Origin: a virus | Lineage: Duplodnaviria; Caudoviricetes | Strand: one strand, 5' to 3' | DNA length: 64,000 nt | IMG/VR virus record: IMGVR_UViG_3300011868_000001 | Coordinates: 32,001 to 96,000 of that record | In this document: positions 9,886 to 17,860 of the stretch, in pieces | Layout: each line of letters starts with the position of its first letter | Numbering within the stretch: the first letter of the stretch is position 1 | Translations under genes and position numbers: made by a program | Notes under the pieces: generated by a model | What the model was told of the DNA's origin: nothing | The model's input: the letters and a program-made list of their open reading frames with translations, nothing else | Database searches by the model: none

Positions 9886-10323
9886 TTACCCCTTAAAGTG
9901 ACTTTCTCCACCGATGCGGACACCGGTATAGAAAATCCCAGCGCGCCAGCGAGCGATACCTTCATCTCGCAAAGCACGGTAGAACACGGCATCTGCTTCT
10001 TCCCGCGTCAAGGCACGCACGGTGCCATCGGCGAGTGTCACAGGGTTGCCGCTGTACAACCAGTCGTGAATGGTGGCGGATTTGTCCCCGTAGTCTGCTA
10101 GTAACGCATAGAGCGGAAACAGGAACAGATTGCGCAACGAATCAAGACTGGCATAGTTGGTCTCGAAGCCTTTCTTGACCGTGATGGGTCCGAAGACTTC
10201 ATCATGATACGTAAAGTCATCGAGCATCAGATACAGGCGACGCTTCAGTTCACGGGTATCGAAGTTGGAGAACTTCCCGATCCCTAAGGTGTCGGTGTAC
10301 TGAGGAAGCGAAAGCTCAAACAT
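9886..10323 (-). CDS. DUF1353 family protein
   Basis: TVKKGFETNYAS, ATIHDWLY, REEADAVF and GVRIGG motifs. Confidence 0.85.
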   Translation of the reverse strand: MFELSLPQYTDTLGIGKFSNFDTRELKRRLYLMLDDFTYHDEVFGPITVKKGFETNYASLDSLRNLFLFPLYALLADYGDKSATIHDWLYSGNPVTLADGTVRALTREEADAVFYRALRDEGIARWRAGIFYTGVRIGGESHFKG

Positions 10324-10383
10324 GAGTCAAATCCTCGCATGAGGCGGAATATCCAGTCTCATAGGATTGGTGGCCCTGTCGAG

Positions 10384-10992
10384 TTATTCTACCAATTCCA
10401 ATACCGGACGCCAGCCGTTATTCTCATGTGACGCACTTTTCACAAGAAGGTTATATATCGTGGAAATTCCGGTTTCACCTCGATGAACACCTACAGTGGA
10501 GGTTTGGCCAGCCTCAGCCGTGATGGACGCTCTACCGCTGCCGGATACCGCCCCCACACCTAATTGCTGTTCGCTGAAACGCGCCCAGACGCCTTTCCTC
10601 ACATCAGACACCCGGTAGAGCAGGTTAGTCCATTCTGAACCAGTTATGAGTCGACAAATGAAATTCCGCCCTTGGACGTTGACCACTTTACCGGCCATTA
10701 ATCCTCTTGCATTTAGGTGGTTCCACGATACGTTATAACGCCTGGGTGTCTGGGCGATCAGGAGTTTCTTATTTTGATGCGAAAACCCTAACCAATTGCC
10801 GGTGTTGTTCTTCACACTTCCGGCGGTGAGTCCAACCAAACTGGCCAATTCACTGCCAGTAATGACCTCACCGGAGGTATATGTCCCGTAGTAACCTGTT
10901 ACTGCGTCACCGCTCAATAGATCTCGTCCAAGAAGTCCAACGGAAGGCCCTTTCATGCGCTGTCGGGCCGCCCCTAATAAAAGAATATTCAT
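10384..10992 (-). CDS. virion tail-associated protein, WRPVLEL paralog family (short form)
   Basis: GYYG, SEWTNLLYRV, GWRPVLEL; N-terminus resembles that of 8316..9284. Confidence 0.8.
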   Translation of the reverse strand: MNILLLGAARQRMKGPSVGLLGRDLLSGDAVTGYYGTYTSGEVITGSELASLVGLTAGSVKNNTGNWLGFSHQNKKLLIAQTPRRYNVSWNHLNARGLMAGKVVNVQGRNFICRLITGSEWTNLLYRVSDVRKGVWARFSEQQLGVGAVSGSGRASITAEAGQTSTVGVHRGETGISTIYNLLVKSASHENNGWRPVLELVE

Positions 10993-11046
10993 GTCCAAAC
11001 TATCCATAAGCCGAGTAAGAAGGCCACACATAGGATTGGTCACACG

Positions 11047-11079
11047 GCATACAGGGCGGGATTACCCCGCCCTGTATGC
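11047..11079. terminator. stem-loop closing the desaturase cassette (CATA-hairpin-TATG family)
   Basis: GCATACAGGGCGGG-ATTAC-CCCGCCCTGTATGC. Confidence 0.7.
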
Positions 11080-11082
11080 TAG

Positions 11083-12006
11083 TTAGGCAAATGCCTGCAG
11101 GATAGTGTCGATGACTTTATCCTTATCCGCGATGGCCTGGTTGAGAGCAATGCGCACCCGATGCCGACCATTCATGGACACCGCTTGGACCCGCCCCATC
11201 TGATTTTTCTTCAACATCTGAAAGATCTCAGGGGTCTCGTAGTTCACCATGCCCATTGGCGATGAACCTACAAAACAATTACCTGTGGTCTCACTTTGAC
11301 CATGTGCAATCATCAACCGGGTAAGGTTTTCATGACTGCAGTCCAGAGAAAAACGACCGTTCTTAAGCGATCCGGAACCATACAGGGAGTAGTGCCCATA
11401 ACAGTGCTCAAACCCTTCCAGAATCTTGCTGGTGATCACGTTCGGGTTTCCCAAGGCCTCACATGCAGCCTGAGCCAGGAAGTCCTGTACGCGCATGCCA
11501 GCCGCTTTAGCACGCTTTAAGTAATTGTCACTGATAAAGACAGTGTGGGTCTCAGCCTCACCCTCGATGCCTTCAAAGGTGAATTCCCGTGGGTTGAACA
11601 AGTTGTTCGGTACAATCTTAGGCACAGTCGAAGGCGTCTCATAAACACCGAGTTCGCCGCCGGCCGCTACCCTGAAGATTTCCTGAGTCAGACGGCTGTA
11701 ACTCCAGCCATCAAGGAACTCATGCGTAAAGGACATCCAGTAGCCGTCGTCACACTCGATCACCTTAAAGCAGCTAGGGTGATCAAGGTGATCCCGTGGA
11801 TGACCGGTCAGCAGTACCAACCGCTCTGCCAGCTCTACCTTGCCATCCTTCCAGTCAGCACGCATGAACGGGATCTGCTGAGCGATCTCATTTGCGGCCT
11901 CCATCAGGACATGTGACGGACAATCGAACTGCGGGATAAACAATGCCCCGTAGGTCATCTGCTTACCATGGCCTGAGAAGGCCCGTTGCATCGGGTTCAG
12001 TCTCAT
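11083..12006 (-). CDS. stand-alone condensation-domain-like / CoA-dependent acyltransferase
   Basis: Likely start MRLNPMQ (C1-like LxPxQ) overlaps the upstream stop as ATGA; active-site-like THEFLDGWS (HxxxDG). Confidence 0.7.
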   Translation of the reverse strand: MRLNPMQRAFSGHGKQMTYGALFIPQFDCPSHVLMEAANEIAQQIPFMRADWKDGKVELAERLVLLTGHPRDHLDHPSCFKVIECDDGYWMSFTHEFLDGWSYSRLTQEIFRVAAGGELGVYETPSTVPKIVPNNLFNPREFTFEGIEGEAETHTVFISDNYLKRAKAAGMRVQDFLAQAACEALGNPNVITSKILEGFEHCYGHYSLYGSGSLKNGRFSLDCSHENLTRLMIAHGQSETTGNCFVGSSPMGMVNYETPEIFQMLKKNQMGRVQAVSMNGRHRVRIALNQAIADKDKVIDTILQAFA

Positions 12007-12746
12007 TTCTTGATCATCCTCACAAACCAGGAGGTGGGGTCGACTTCCCACTTCTTGATGGCAAAGTTCCACCGGTTAGGGAACTTGTGGTGGTTGTTAT
12101 GCAATCCCTCGCCACCGAATAGCCAGCCCAGTATCTTGGAGTTCTTCGAACCCTCACCGGTCTCATAGGACACGTAACCGAACTCGTGAATCCACTTGAT
12201 GGTCACGTACTTACGGGCAAACTGCATCGCCACCACTGGCAGGGCCCACAGGTAAATCAGCGCTTCCAATGAGATCAACGACAGCAGGACAATGGCTGCG
12301 AACGAATACGCAAAGTAGTACCGGTAGGTACGCATCATGATCGGATCGGAAATGAACCGCCGTTTCATGCCTGGAGTCATCTTGACGTTGATGTTCTTAA
12401 ATGATACCATGCCGCTTTGGGCGTAGTAGTGGTGCGGATCGTCAGGCTGGTCAGACTTTAAGTGATGCTCCAGATGGATGATCGCGTAGAAGCCTGGGTG
12501 ACCAGATAGGCTGGTACAAGTCGCCCAGATCATAAACTCACGCCAAAATGGCGTGGTCTCAAATGAGCGATGAGTGAAGTAGCGATGGTTCCCGGCTGAG
12601 AGTCCTGCAATCCAGTATACCTGGAACATACAGAACGAGCCTAAGAGCCACCATCCGTTCGGCATAAAAAGCGCCCCGACAGAGATGACCATCGCAAGGA
12701 TGGTCATCGCCGCAGCCTGTCGGTGATCAGACTGGAGCAGGCGCAT
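12003..12746 (-). CDS. membrane fatty-acid desaturase (delta-9-like)
   Basis: His boxes HRYFTH, HLEHH and GEGLHNNHH; WEVDP; transmembrane segments. Confidence 0.92.
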   Translation of the reverse strand: MRLLQSDHRQAAAMTILAMVISVGALFMPNGWWLLGSFCMFQVYWIAGLSAGNHRYFTHRSFETTPFWREFMIWATCTSLSGHPGFYAIIHLEHHLKSDQPDDPHHYYAQSGMVSFKNINVKMTPGMKRRFISDPIMMRTYRYYFAYSFAAIVLLSLISLEALIYLWALPVVAMQFARKYVTIKWIHEFGYVSYETGEGSKNSKILGWLFGGEGLHNNHHKFPNRWNFAIKKWEVDPTSWFVRMIKK

Positions 12747-13543
12747 TACGCAGCCCCAGCCTTCTTGCTACGAATCAGGCAGATGAACCAGTAACCCGGA
12801 TCGAACTCCCACCACTTCTCGCCCAGCTTAGCGCGCTTGGGACGTTTGTGATGGTTGTTGTGCCAGCCTTCGCCGCCTGCAATCAGAGAAGCGAACCACC
12901 AGTTGTTACTGAGGTCGCCATTGTCGTAGGTCTGATAACCCAGTCCCTTGACGTGCCCGGTCCAGAGGACGAAGCGAAGGGTCAGCTGGGACAAACCTGC
13001 CGGCACCATCCACAGCCAGAAGATAGCCTCGAACGCGTTCAAACCCGCCAACAGACCCAGTGCAGTCATACCCACGACGTAGGACGCCACGTAGAGCCAG
13101 TAATACTTGATCGTCAGTTGATGCAACGGATCACGTGCCACCATGGTCAGCAGGAACCGCTTGCTCACCGTGGTCTTGTGGTCGAACGGTGATTCACCGG
13201 TCAGCTGCAACTTACGATAAGGGTCTTCTGGCGTATCCGCCTTGCGGTGATGGGTCATGTGAGTGTCAGCCCAGATGCAGGGCGGGCCGACCAGCGAGAC
13301 CATAGCGCAGTACGACATCACCCATTGCCAGAACCGATTGGTTTCAAAGGCATTGTGCGAATAGTACCGGTGGACGCCGACGCTGATACCCACGACGTTC
13401 AGGACTTGCCACAGCACGAGCGCTGCGATGACCAGAACTGGATTGAACTGAAAGAACGCAACGATCGGCGCAACTGCCGCTGACGTCATGATGATCCGGT
13501 TCCCCCAGACCATGTTAGTGTTGGTTGGTTTGAACATGTTCAT
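12746..13543 (-). CDS. membrane fatty-acid desaturase (delta-9-like), second paralog
   Basis: His boxes HRYYSH, HMTHH and GEGWHNNHH; WWEFDP; RBS GAGGAG before the ATG at 13543. Confidence 0.92.
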   Translation of the reverse strand: MNMFKPTNTNMVWGNRIIMTSAAVAPIVAFFQFNPVLVIAALVLWQVLNVVGISVGVHRYYSHNAFETNRFWQWVMSYCAMVSLVGPPCIWADTHMTHHRKADTPEDPYRKLQLTGESPFDHKTTVSKRFLLTMVARDPLHQLTIKYYWLYVASYVVGMTALGLLAGLNAFEAIFWLWMVPAGLSQLTLRFVLWTGHVKGLGYQTYDNGDLSNNWWFASLIAGGEGWHNNHHKRPKRAKLGEKWWEFDPGYWFICLIRSKKAGAA

Positions 13544-13551
13544 GTAGCTCC

Positions 13552-14181
13552 TCACCCCTGTAGAATTTGTACGCTGGCCATGGCCTCAGGTGACACTTCA
13601 GGATAGAGGGACTTGACCTCCTCCTTCGTCACTTCATACATATACACCAAGAAGGCATTTTCTTCACTGTTGTTAATGAAGGTGTAGGGGATGGGTTTGG
13701 TTAGCTTCAGATGTTTGAAGCTGTTGTGACGCGATGGGCCTATGTCAACACTACCTTCGACTATGAAGACATTGCGCTCATTGCCAGTGGTTTCAATCGT
13801 CACGGATTCCCCAGGAGCCAATGGGAAGTTTTGGGCGGCGTACAAACGCTTACCGGGTTCATTGGCCATGATACAGACAAACTTCGAGTTGTCTTCTTCA
13901 CCCTGTATTCTATATTCACCACGCACTGTTAAGCGTGCGTTAAGTGTGGTGTCACCGCGATAACGGACGAATTCAGGTAAGGTGGCCGACTTAAATCTTA
14001 CCGCCCCAGAAACAATGGCATTGGCCCTATGAACGTTGATTCCAATCTCTTGTCCATTGAACGCGAGTTGAGGAGGCAGGTCAACAGCAACAACCGCGTA
14101 TTGATCCTTATTGAGCGACAATTCATAAATGGTGAATTCGCTAAGTGGTCTGACGACCCATGCAAACGGCTTGAATTCCAT
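13552..14181 (-). CDS. bicupin/pirin-C-like beta-barrel protein
   Basis: Two cupin-like stretches (AIVSGAVRF; LAPGESVTI...VFIVEGSVDIG); no obvious metal-binding His motif. Confidence 0.5.
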   Translation of the reverse strand: MEFKPFAWVVRPLSEFTIYELSLNKDQYAVVAVDLPPQLAFNGQEIGINVHRANAIVSGAVRFKSATLPEFVRYRGDTTLNARLTVRGEYRIQGEEDNSKFVCIMANEPGKRLYAAQNFPLAPGESVTIETTGNERNVFIVEGSVDIGPSRHNSFKHLKLTKPIPYTFINNSEENAFLVYMYEVTKEEVKSLYPEVSPEAMASVQILQG

Positions 14182-14183
14182 AC

Positions 14184-14417
14184 TTAGATCTCCTCGCTTT
14201 CCGCGTTGCGGTCAAAGCGCGTATCAGGGACCGGGTCCATGATCGGTTGGGGAATTGGGTTACCGCAGTTTTCTAGCAACGAATAAGCCATGCCCAAAAC
14301 AAAAGCTTGTTTCACGCTCAGACCACCTAAATCTAACGGTCTGAATTCCATAGTAACGGGCATGTTACCGTTCTCTACGACTGCGGAGCTTGACCCTATT
14401 GAAATGATTTTAATCAT
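14184..14417 (-). CDS. small hypothetical protein
   Basis: 77 aa, tightly packed between the tip-protein and bicupin genes. Confidence 0.7.
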   Translation of the reverse strand: MIKIISIGSSSAVVENGNMPVTMEFRPLDLGGLSVKQAFVLGMAYSLLENCGNPIPQPIMDPVPDTRFDRNAESEEI

Positions 14418-14431
14418 ACCGATTACTCATG

Positions 14432-15019
14432 TCAGTTGAAGACGACAGTAGTGGTCTTATTGATAATGGCGTTATATATCTGATTGTATTGTTGAACAGT
14501 GATACTGATACCATAGATCTTGAACGCCGCCGTCGATGAGGTATAAAACGTAGAAGTGCCTGTCGGTGTGGAGGCTGATCCTTTGTAGGAAAGCGACATA
14601 TCTACACTGAATATACCTGCTATAGTCAGACCACCTATGGTCACACTGCGTGGGGTCATATGTGACCCGGATGCAGATGACGTGTCTATCATCAACATGA
14701 GGTGACAGATAGGACTGGTACCACCAGTGTTTTCAATGTAACATTGTCTTATCGGTATTCCGAATACAGACGTAGGGGAAATTGAACCGAACGCACCTCT
14801 CGAAAATCCACACATCGTACCGCTTGCCACGGCAGATAGGTTAAACGACCCTAGACCGATGGCAGCAGACTTGCCCCGCAGAGCAGACATTGCGATAGCG
14901 CCTGAAGCCAGGCCTGCCAGAGAACGGACGTTGCTCTGACCAAGACTGATAGCGCCTGAAAGACCTAGTTCTGACCGGATATCGGCCATCGAGATAGGAC
15001 CAGTTGAAGGTAGTGGCAT
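14432..15019 (-). CDS. tail-fibre tip/adhesin-like protein
   Basis: N-terminus MPLPSTGPISMADIRSELG...SGAIAMSALRGKS is a type commonly found downstream of chaperone-ended fibres; variable Ser/Thr/Gly-rich C-terminus. Confidence 0.65.
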   Translation of the reverse strand: MPLPSTGPISMADIRSELGLSGAISLGQSNVRSLAGLASGAIAMSALRGKSAAIGLGSFNLSAVASGTMCGFSRGAFGSISPTSVFGIPIRQCYIENTGGTSPICHLMLMIDTSSASGSHMTPRSVTIGGLTIAGIFSVDMSLSYKGSASTPTGTSTFYTSSTAAFKIYGISITVQQYNQIYNAIINKTTTVVFN

Positions 15020-15046
15020 GATGCTCTCCCGGAGTAGATACCGTGA

Positions 15047-15077
15047 ATATAGAGGAGGGGCGACCCCTCCTCTATGT
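15047..15077. terminator. stem-loop (hairpin-TATG family)
   Basis: ATAGAGGAGGGG-CGA-CCCCTCCTCTATG. Confidence 0.65.
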
Positions 15078-15086
15078 CGTCAGTCC

Positions 15087-15548
15087 TTAGACGGGTTCAA
15101 CCGGTTCATCACCGCCAACTGGCGGGTCTTCCGGAGCAGATTCATCTACCGGCTCTTCATCTTCGGCAGGCAGTGCCTCTTGTTCTTCCTGCTCGAGCAG
15201 CTCTTGTAGACGACGAGCTTCCTCATCACGCTTGTCAGCGAAGTGCACGTACGCCGAGGTCAGCAGGGCTGCCAGCTGCGCAACACTTGCCGTCTGACCA
15301 GAAGACGTACCGTCCGGGTTGAGCACGGCGTACTCTTCGAACAGGTTGGTGTTGTCAATGGCCATCATCAATTCACCTGCTGGTCGACGGAAGATACTAC
15401 CATCGACTTCGACGATCTGTTCTTCGGCGAAGAGCACGCGTGGAATCTGACCGTAGTCATTATAGATGATGATCGATGCTGCCCGTTTCCAGGTATCGCC
15501 GATTGCTTCTTGCTTGTTGTACTTGAAATCCATCGAAGGGATTGTCAT
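15087..15548 (-). CDS. putative tail-fibre assembly protein with acidic tail
   Basis: Directly downstream of the fibre; E/D/P-rich C-terminus. Confidence 0.5.
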   Translation of the reverse strand: MTIPSMDFKYNKQEAIGDTWKRAASIIIYNDYGQIPRVLFAEEQIVEVDGSIFRRPAGELMMAIDNTNLFEEYAVLNPDGTSSGQTASVAQLAALLTSAYVHFADKRDEEARRLQELLEQEEQEALPAEDEEPVDESAPEDPPVGGDEPVEPV

Positions 15549-15573
15549 TTTGTGTTACCTTAAAGCGAATGAG

Positions 15574-17820
15574 TTATTTGGCAACCAGTTCTTCAAACAG
15601 AGCCTGGAGTTCATCGATACGCTGAGTCAAGGTATCGACCTGGGCTTCCAGCGACACAATGCGCTCGCCTTGCGCGATCACAATCTCGTCAAGTTCTTTG
15701 ACGCCTTCTGCCAGCAGTGCAGTGACGTTGCCGTAGCAGATACCCATCTTGCCAGAGCCCGGTTCACCGACCACCACTTCCGGGAGGATCTTGTACATCT
15801 CCTGGGCAATGAACCCAGCCTGAACCTGACCGGTGTCCTTACGGGTGAAAGTCACACCCCGCGTGCGACGGATACGGCTCAGTGCATCAGAGATGAGCTT
15901 GATGTCGGTTTTCAGGCTGAGGTCTGAGTAGGCTGTGATGTTACCGCCTGCATAGATATCGAGCACGACACCCAGACCACCCGATACGCGCAGGGCACCG
16001 GTAGTCGCGCTGGTAGCGTTACTGGTGTTGCTGAACGTAGTCACGCCAGTGACAGTGCCACCGGTGGTGTTGAACTTGGCATCCAACGACGTCTGCAGGT
16101 TGGTGATGGTCGAGATCGCCTGTGCACCGGTGTGGTTAGCACGGTTGAGCAGGGTGGCATCAGTGGAGTTCGCTGTCGCACCTGCCGCAATACCATCGAG
16201 TTTGGATTTGTCAGCCGCGACCATCAGACCTGCCAAGGCAGTAGTGGCTGCGGTCAGCGCAGCGTTACCACCTGTGGAACTCGAAACCGTACCGCCAGTG
16301 GAGGTAGCCGACCAGGACAGGTTCGTGGCAACGTTGACTTGCGCCCCTGCTTGAATTCCATCCAACTTGGACTTATCTGCCGAGGTCAGCAGGCCGGCTG
16401 CAGCGGTAGTAGCAGCCGGTAGCGTAGCGTTGTTACCGGTGGAGCTGGTTACAGTACCCGAGCTGGCTGCTGTGGTGTAGCCAAGATTAGTCCCGCCGAT
16501 GTTGCTCAGTCCGTCGAGTTTGGTTTTATCGGCGGCGGTCATGAGACCCGCTGCCGCGGTAGTGGCTGCTGGCAGGGTCGCGTTGTTGCCAGTCGAGCTA
16601 GTCACCGTACCATTGCTGGCAGCACTGGTATAGCCCAGGTTGGTGGCCACGTTGACCTGTGCCCCAGCCTGGATACCGTCGAGTTTGGTCTTGTCGGCAG
16701 AACCCGCCCACCATGCAGCAATCGCCTGACGGACGCGCTGTGCAGTCCAGGCACGACGAGTGGTGGCTGTGCCGGCTTCAGCTTCAGCTTGTGTGACCGT
16801 TACAGCATTCCATTCACGAGCATCGCTAAGACGTGCATCGGTCGAGTCGACCTTAGCGTCTAGTTCAGTCTGCAAGCCGCTGACAGTGGCGATCGCTTGA
16901 GTGCCCGTGTGTGTGGCACGGTCACGCAACTGAGCATCGGTCGAGTTGGCGGTGGCGCCAGCAGCAATGCCATCGAGTTTGGTTTTCTCAGCACTGGCGA
17001 TCCACCAGGCAACGATAGCTTGACGAACACGCTGAGCAGTAAAGGCACGCCGAGTCGTGGCCGTACCGGCTTCTGCTTCAGCCTGCGTGATGGTGCTGGC
17101 AGTCCACTCGCGGCTGTTGGTCAGACGGGCATCATCATCATTGACTTTGGTGCCCAGCTGAGTTGCAACAGTGGTGGCGAAGTTTGGATCATTACCCAGC
17201 GCCGCGGCCAGCTCGTTGAGGGTGTTCAATGCCTCTGGAGAGGAGTCAACCAGCGCCGCAATCGCAGCATTACAGAAGGCCTTGTATTCGCTCTCGATGG
17301 TTGCCAGTTGTTTACCGTCAAGGGTATCGGCATCCAGACCCGATCCTGCGCCGTCAACCGTGAGCAACTTAGCCAGTACATCAGCTGCCGTGTAGAGCGC
17401 AGCATTGAGTTTGCTGTTAAGGGCGGTATCCAGACCGGTGACCTTGCTGGTAGGTAGGGCCGGAATCCGATCGACATGGAAGGCACCGGTGGTGACTTTG
17501 GCAGCATCTAGCACCGGAATGTCCGCTGCAAGCAGCAGTTCACCTTTGGTGACGCGGCCTTTAGCGTCGACCGTCACTTTAGGGTAGACACCAGGGGCCA
17601 CTGCCGTGTTGGCCAGTGTCAGGGCAATCGAGACATTGGCATCGCCCGATACCGATTGGGTGCCGGTGGCATCGCCGGTGACGATCAGGTTAAAGGGATT
17701 GGTCAGTTTATAGGCGCTGACCGCTGGGGCTGTCTTGTCGAGCTTACTGTCGATCTGATCCGAGATCGACGACAGCAGCCCTGAAAGCTTAAGCTTGAGT
17801 GCTTGAATTTGAGGCGACAT
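15574..17820 (-). CDS. long tail fibre with C-terminal intramolecular chaperone (peptidase S74-like)
   Basis: KVTVDAKGRVT, SPEALNTLNELAAALGNDPNFATT, repeated KTKLDGI units, autocleavage YSDLSLKTDI, GFIAQE, terminal coiled coil. Confidence 0.92.
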   Translation of the reverse strand: MSPQIQALKLKLSGLLSSISDQIDSKLDKTAPAVSAYKLTNPFNLIVTGDATGTQSVSGDANVSIALTLANTAVAPGVYPKVTVDAKGRVTKGELLLAADIPVLDAAKVTTGAFHVDRIPALPTSKVTGLDTALNSKLNAALYTAADVLAKLLTVDGAGSGLDADTLDGKQLATIESEYKAFCNAAIAALVDSSPEALNTLNELAAALGNDPNFATTVATQLGTKVNDDDARLTNSREWTASTITQAEAEAGTATTRRAFTAQRVRQAIVAWWIASAEKTKLDGIAAGATANSTDAQLRDRATHTGTQAIATVSGLQTELDAKVDSTDARLSDAREWNAVTVTQAEAEAGTATTRRAWTAQRVRQAIAAWWAGSADKTKLDGIQAGAQVNVATNLGYTSAASNGTVTSSTGNNATLPAATTAAAGLMTAADKTKLDGLSNIGGTNLGYTTAASSGTVTSSTGNNATLPAATTAAAGLLTSADKSKLDGIQAGAQVNVATNLSWSATSTGGTVSSSTGGNAALTAATTALAGLMVAADKSKLDGIAAGATANSTDATLLNRANHTGAQAISTITNLQTSLDAKFNTTGGTVTGVTTFSNTSNATSATTGALRVSGGLGVVLDIYAGGNITAYSDLSLKTDIKLISDALSRIRRTRGVTFTRKDTGQVQAGFIAQEMYKILPEVVVGEPGSGKMGICYGNVTALLAEGVKELDEIVIAQGERIVSLEAQVDTLTQRIDELQALFEELVAK

Positions 17821-17860
17821 GGAAATTCAACCTTAATAAAAGGGTAGCGCACGACTAACG

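Noticed and set aside
6477-10992. Diversity-generating retroelement behind the WRPVLEL paralogs
   Set aside because: No reverse transcriptase and no template repeat differing only at adenines in this window; shared identity is only 21-24 nt.
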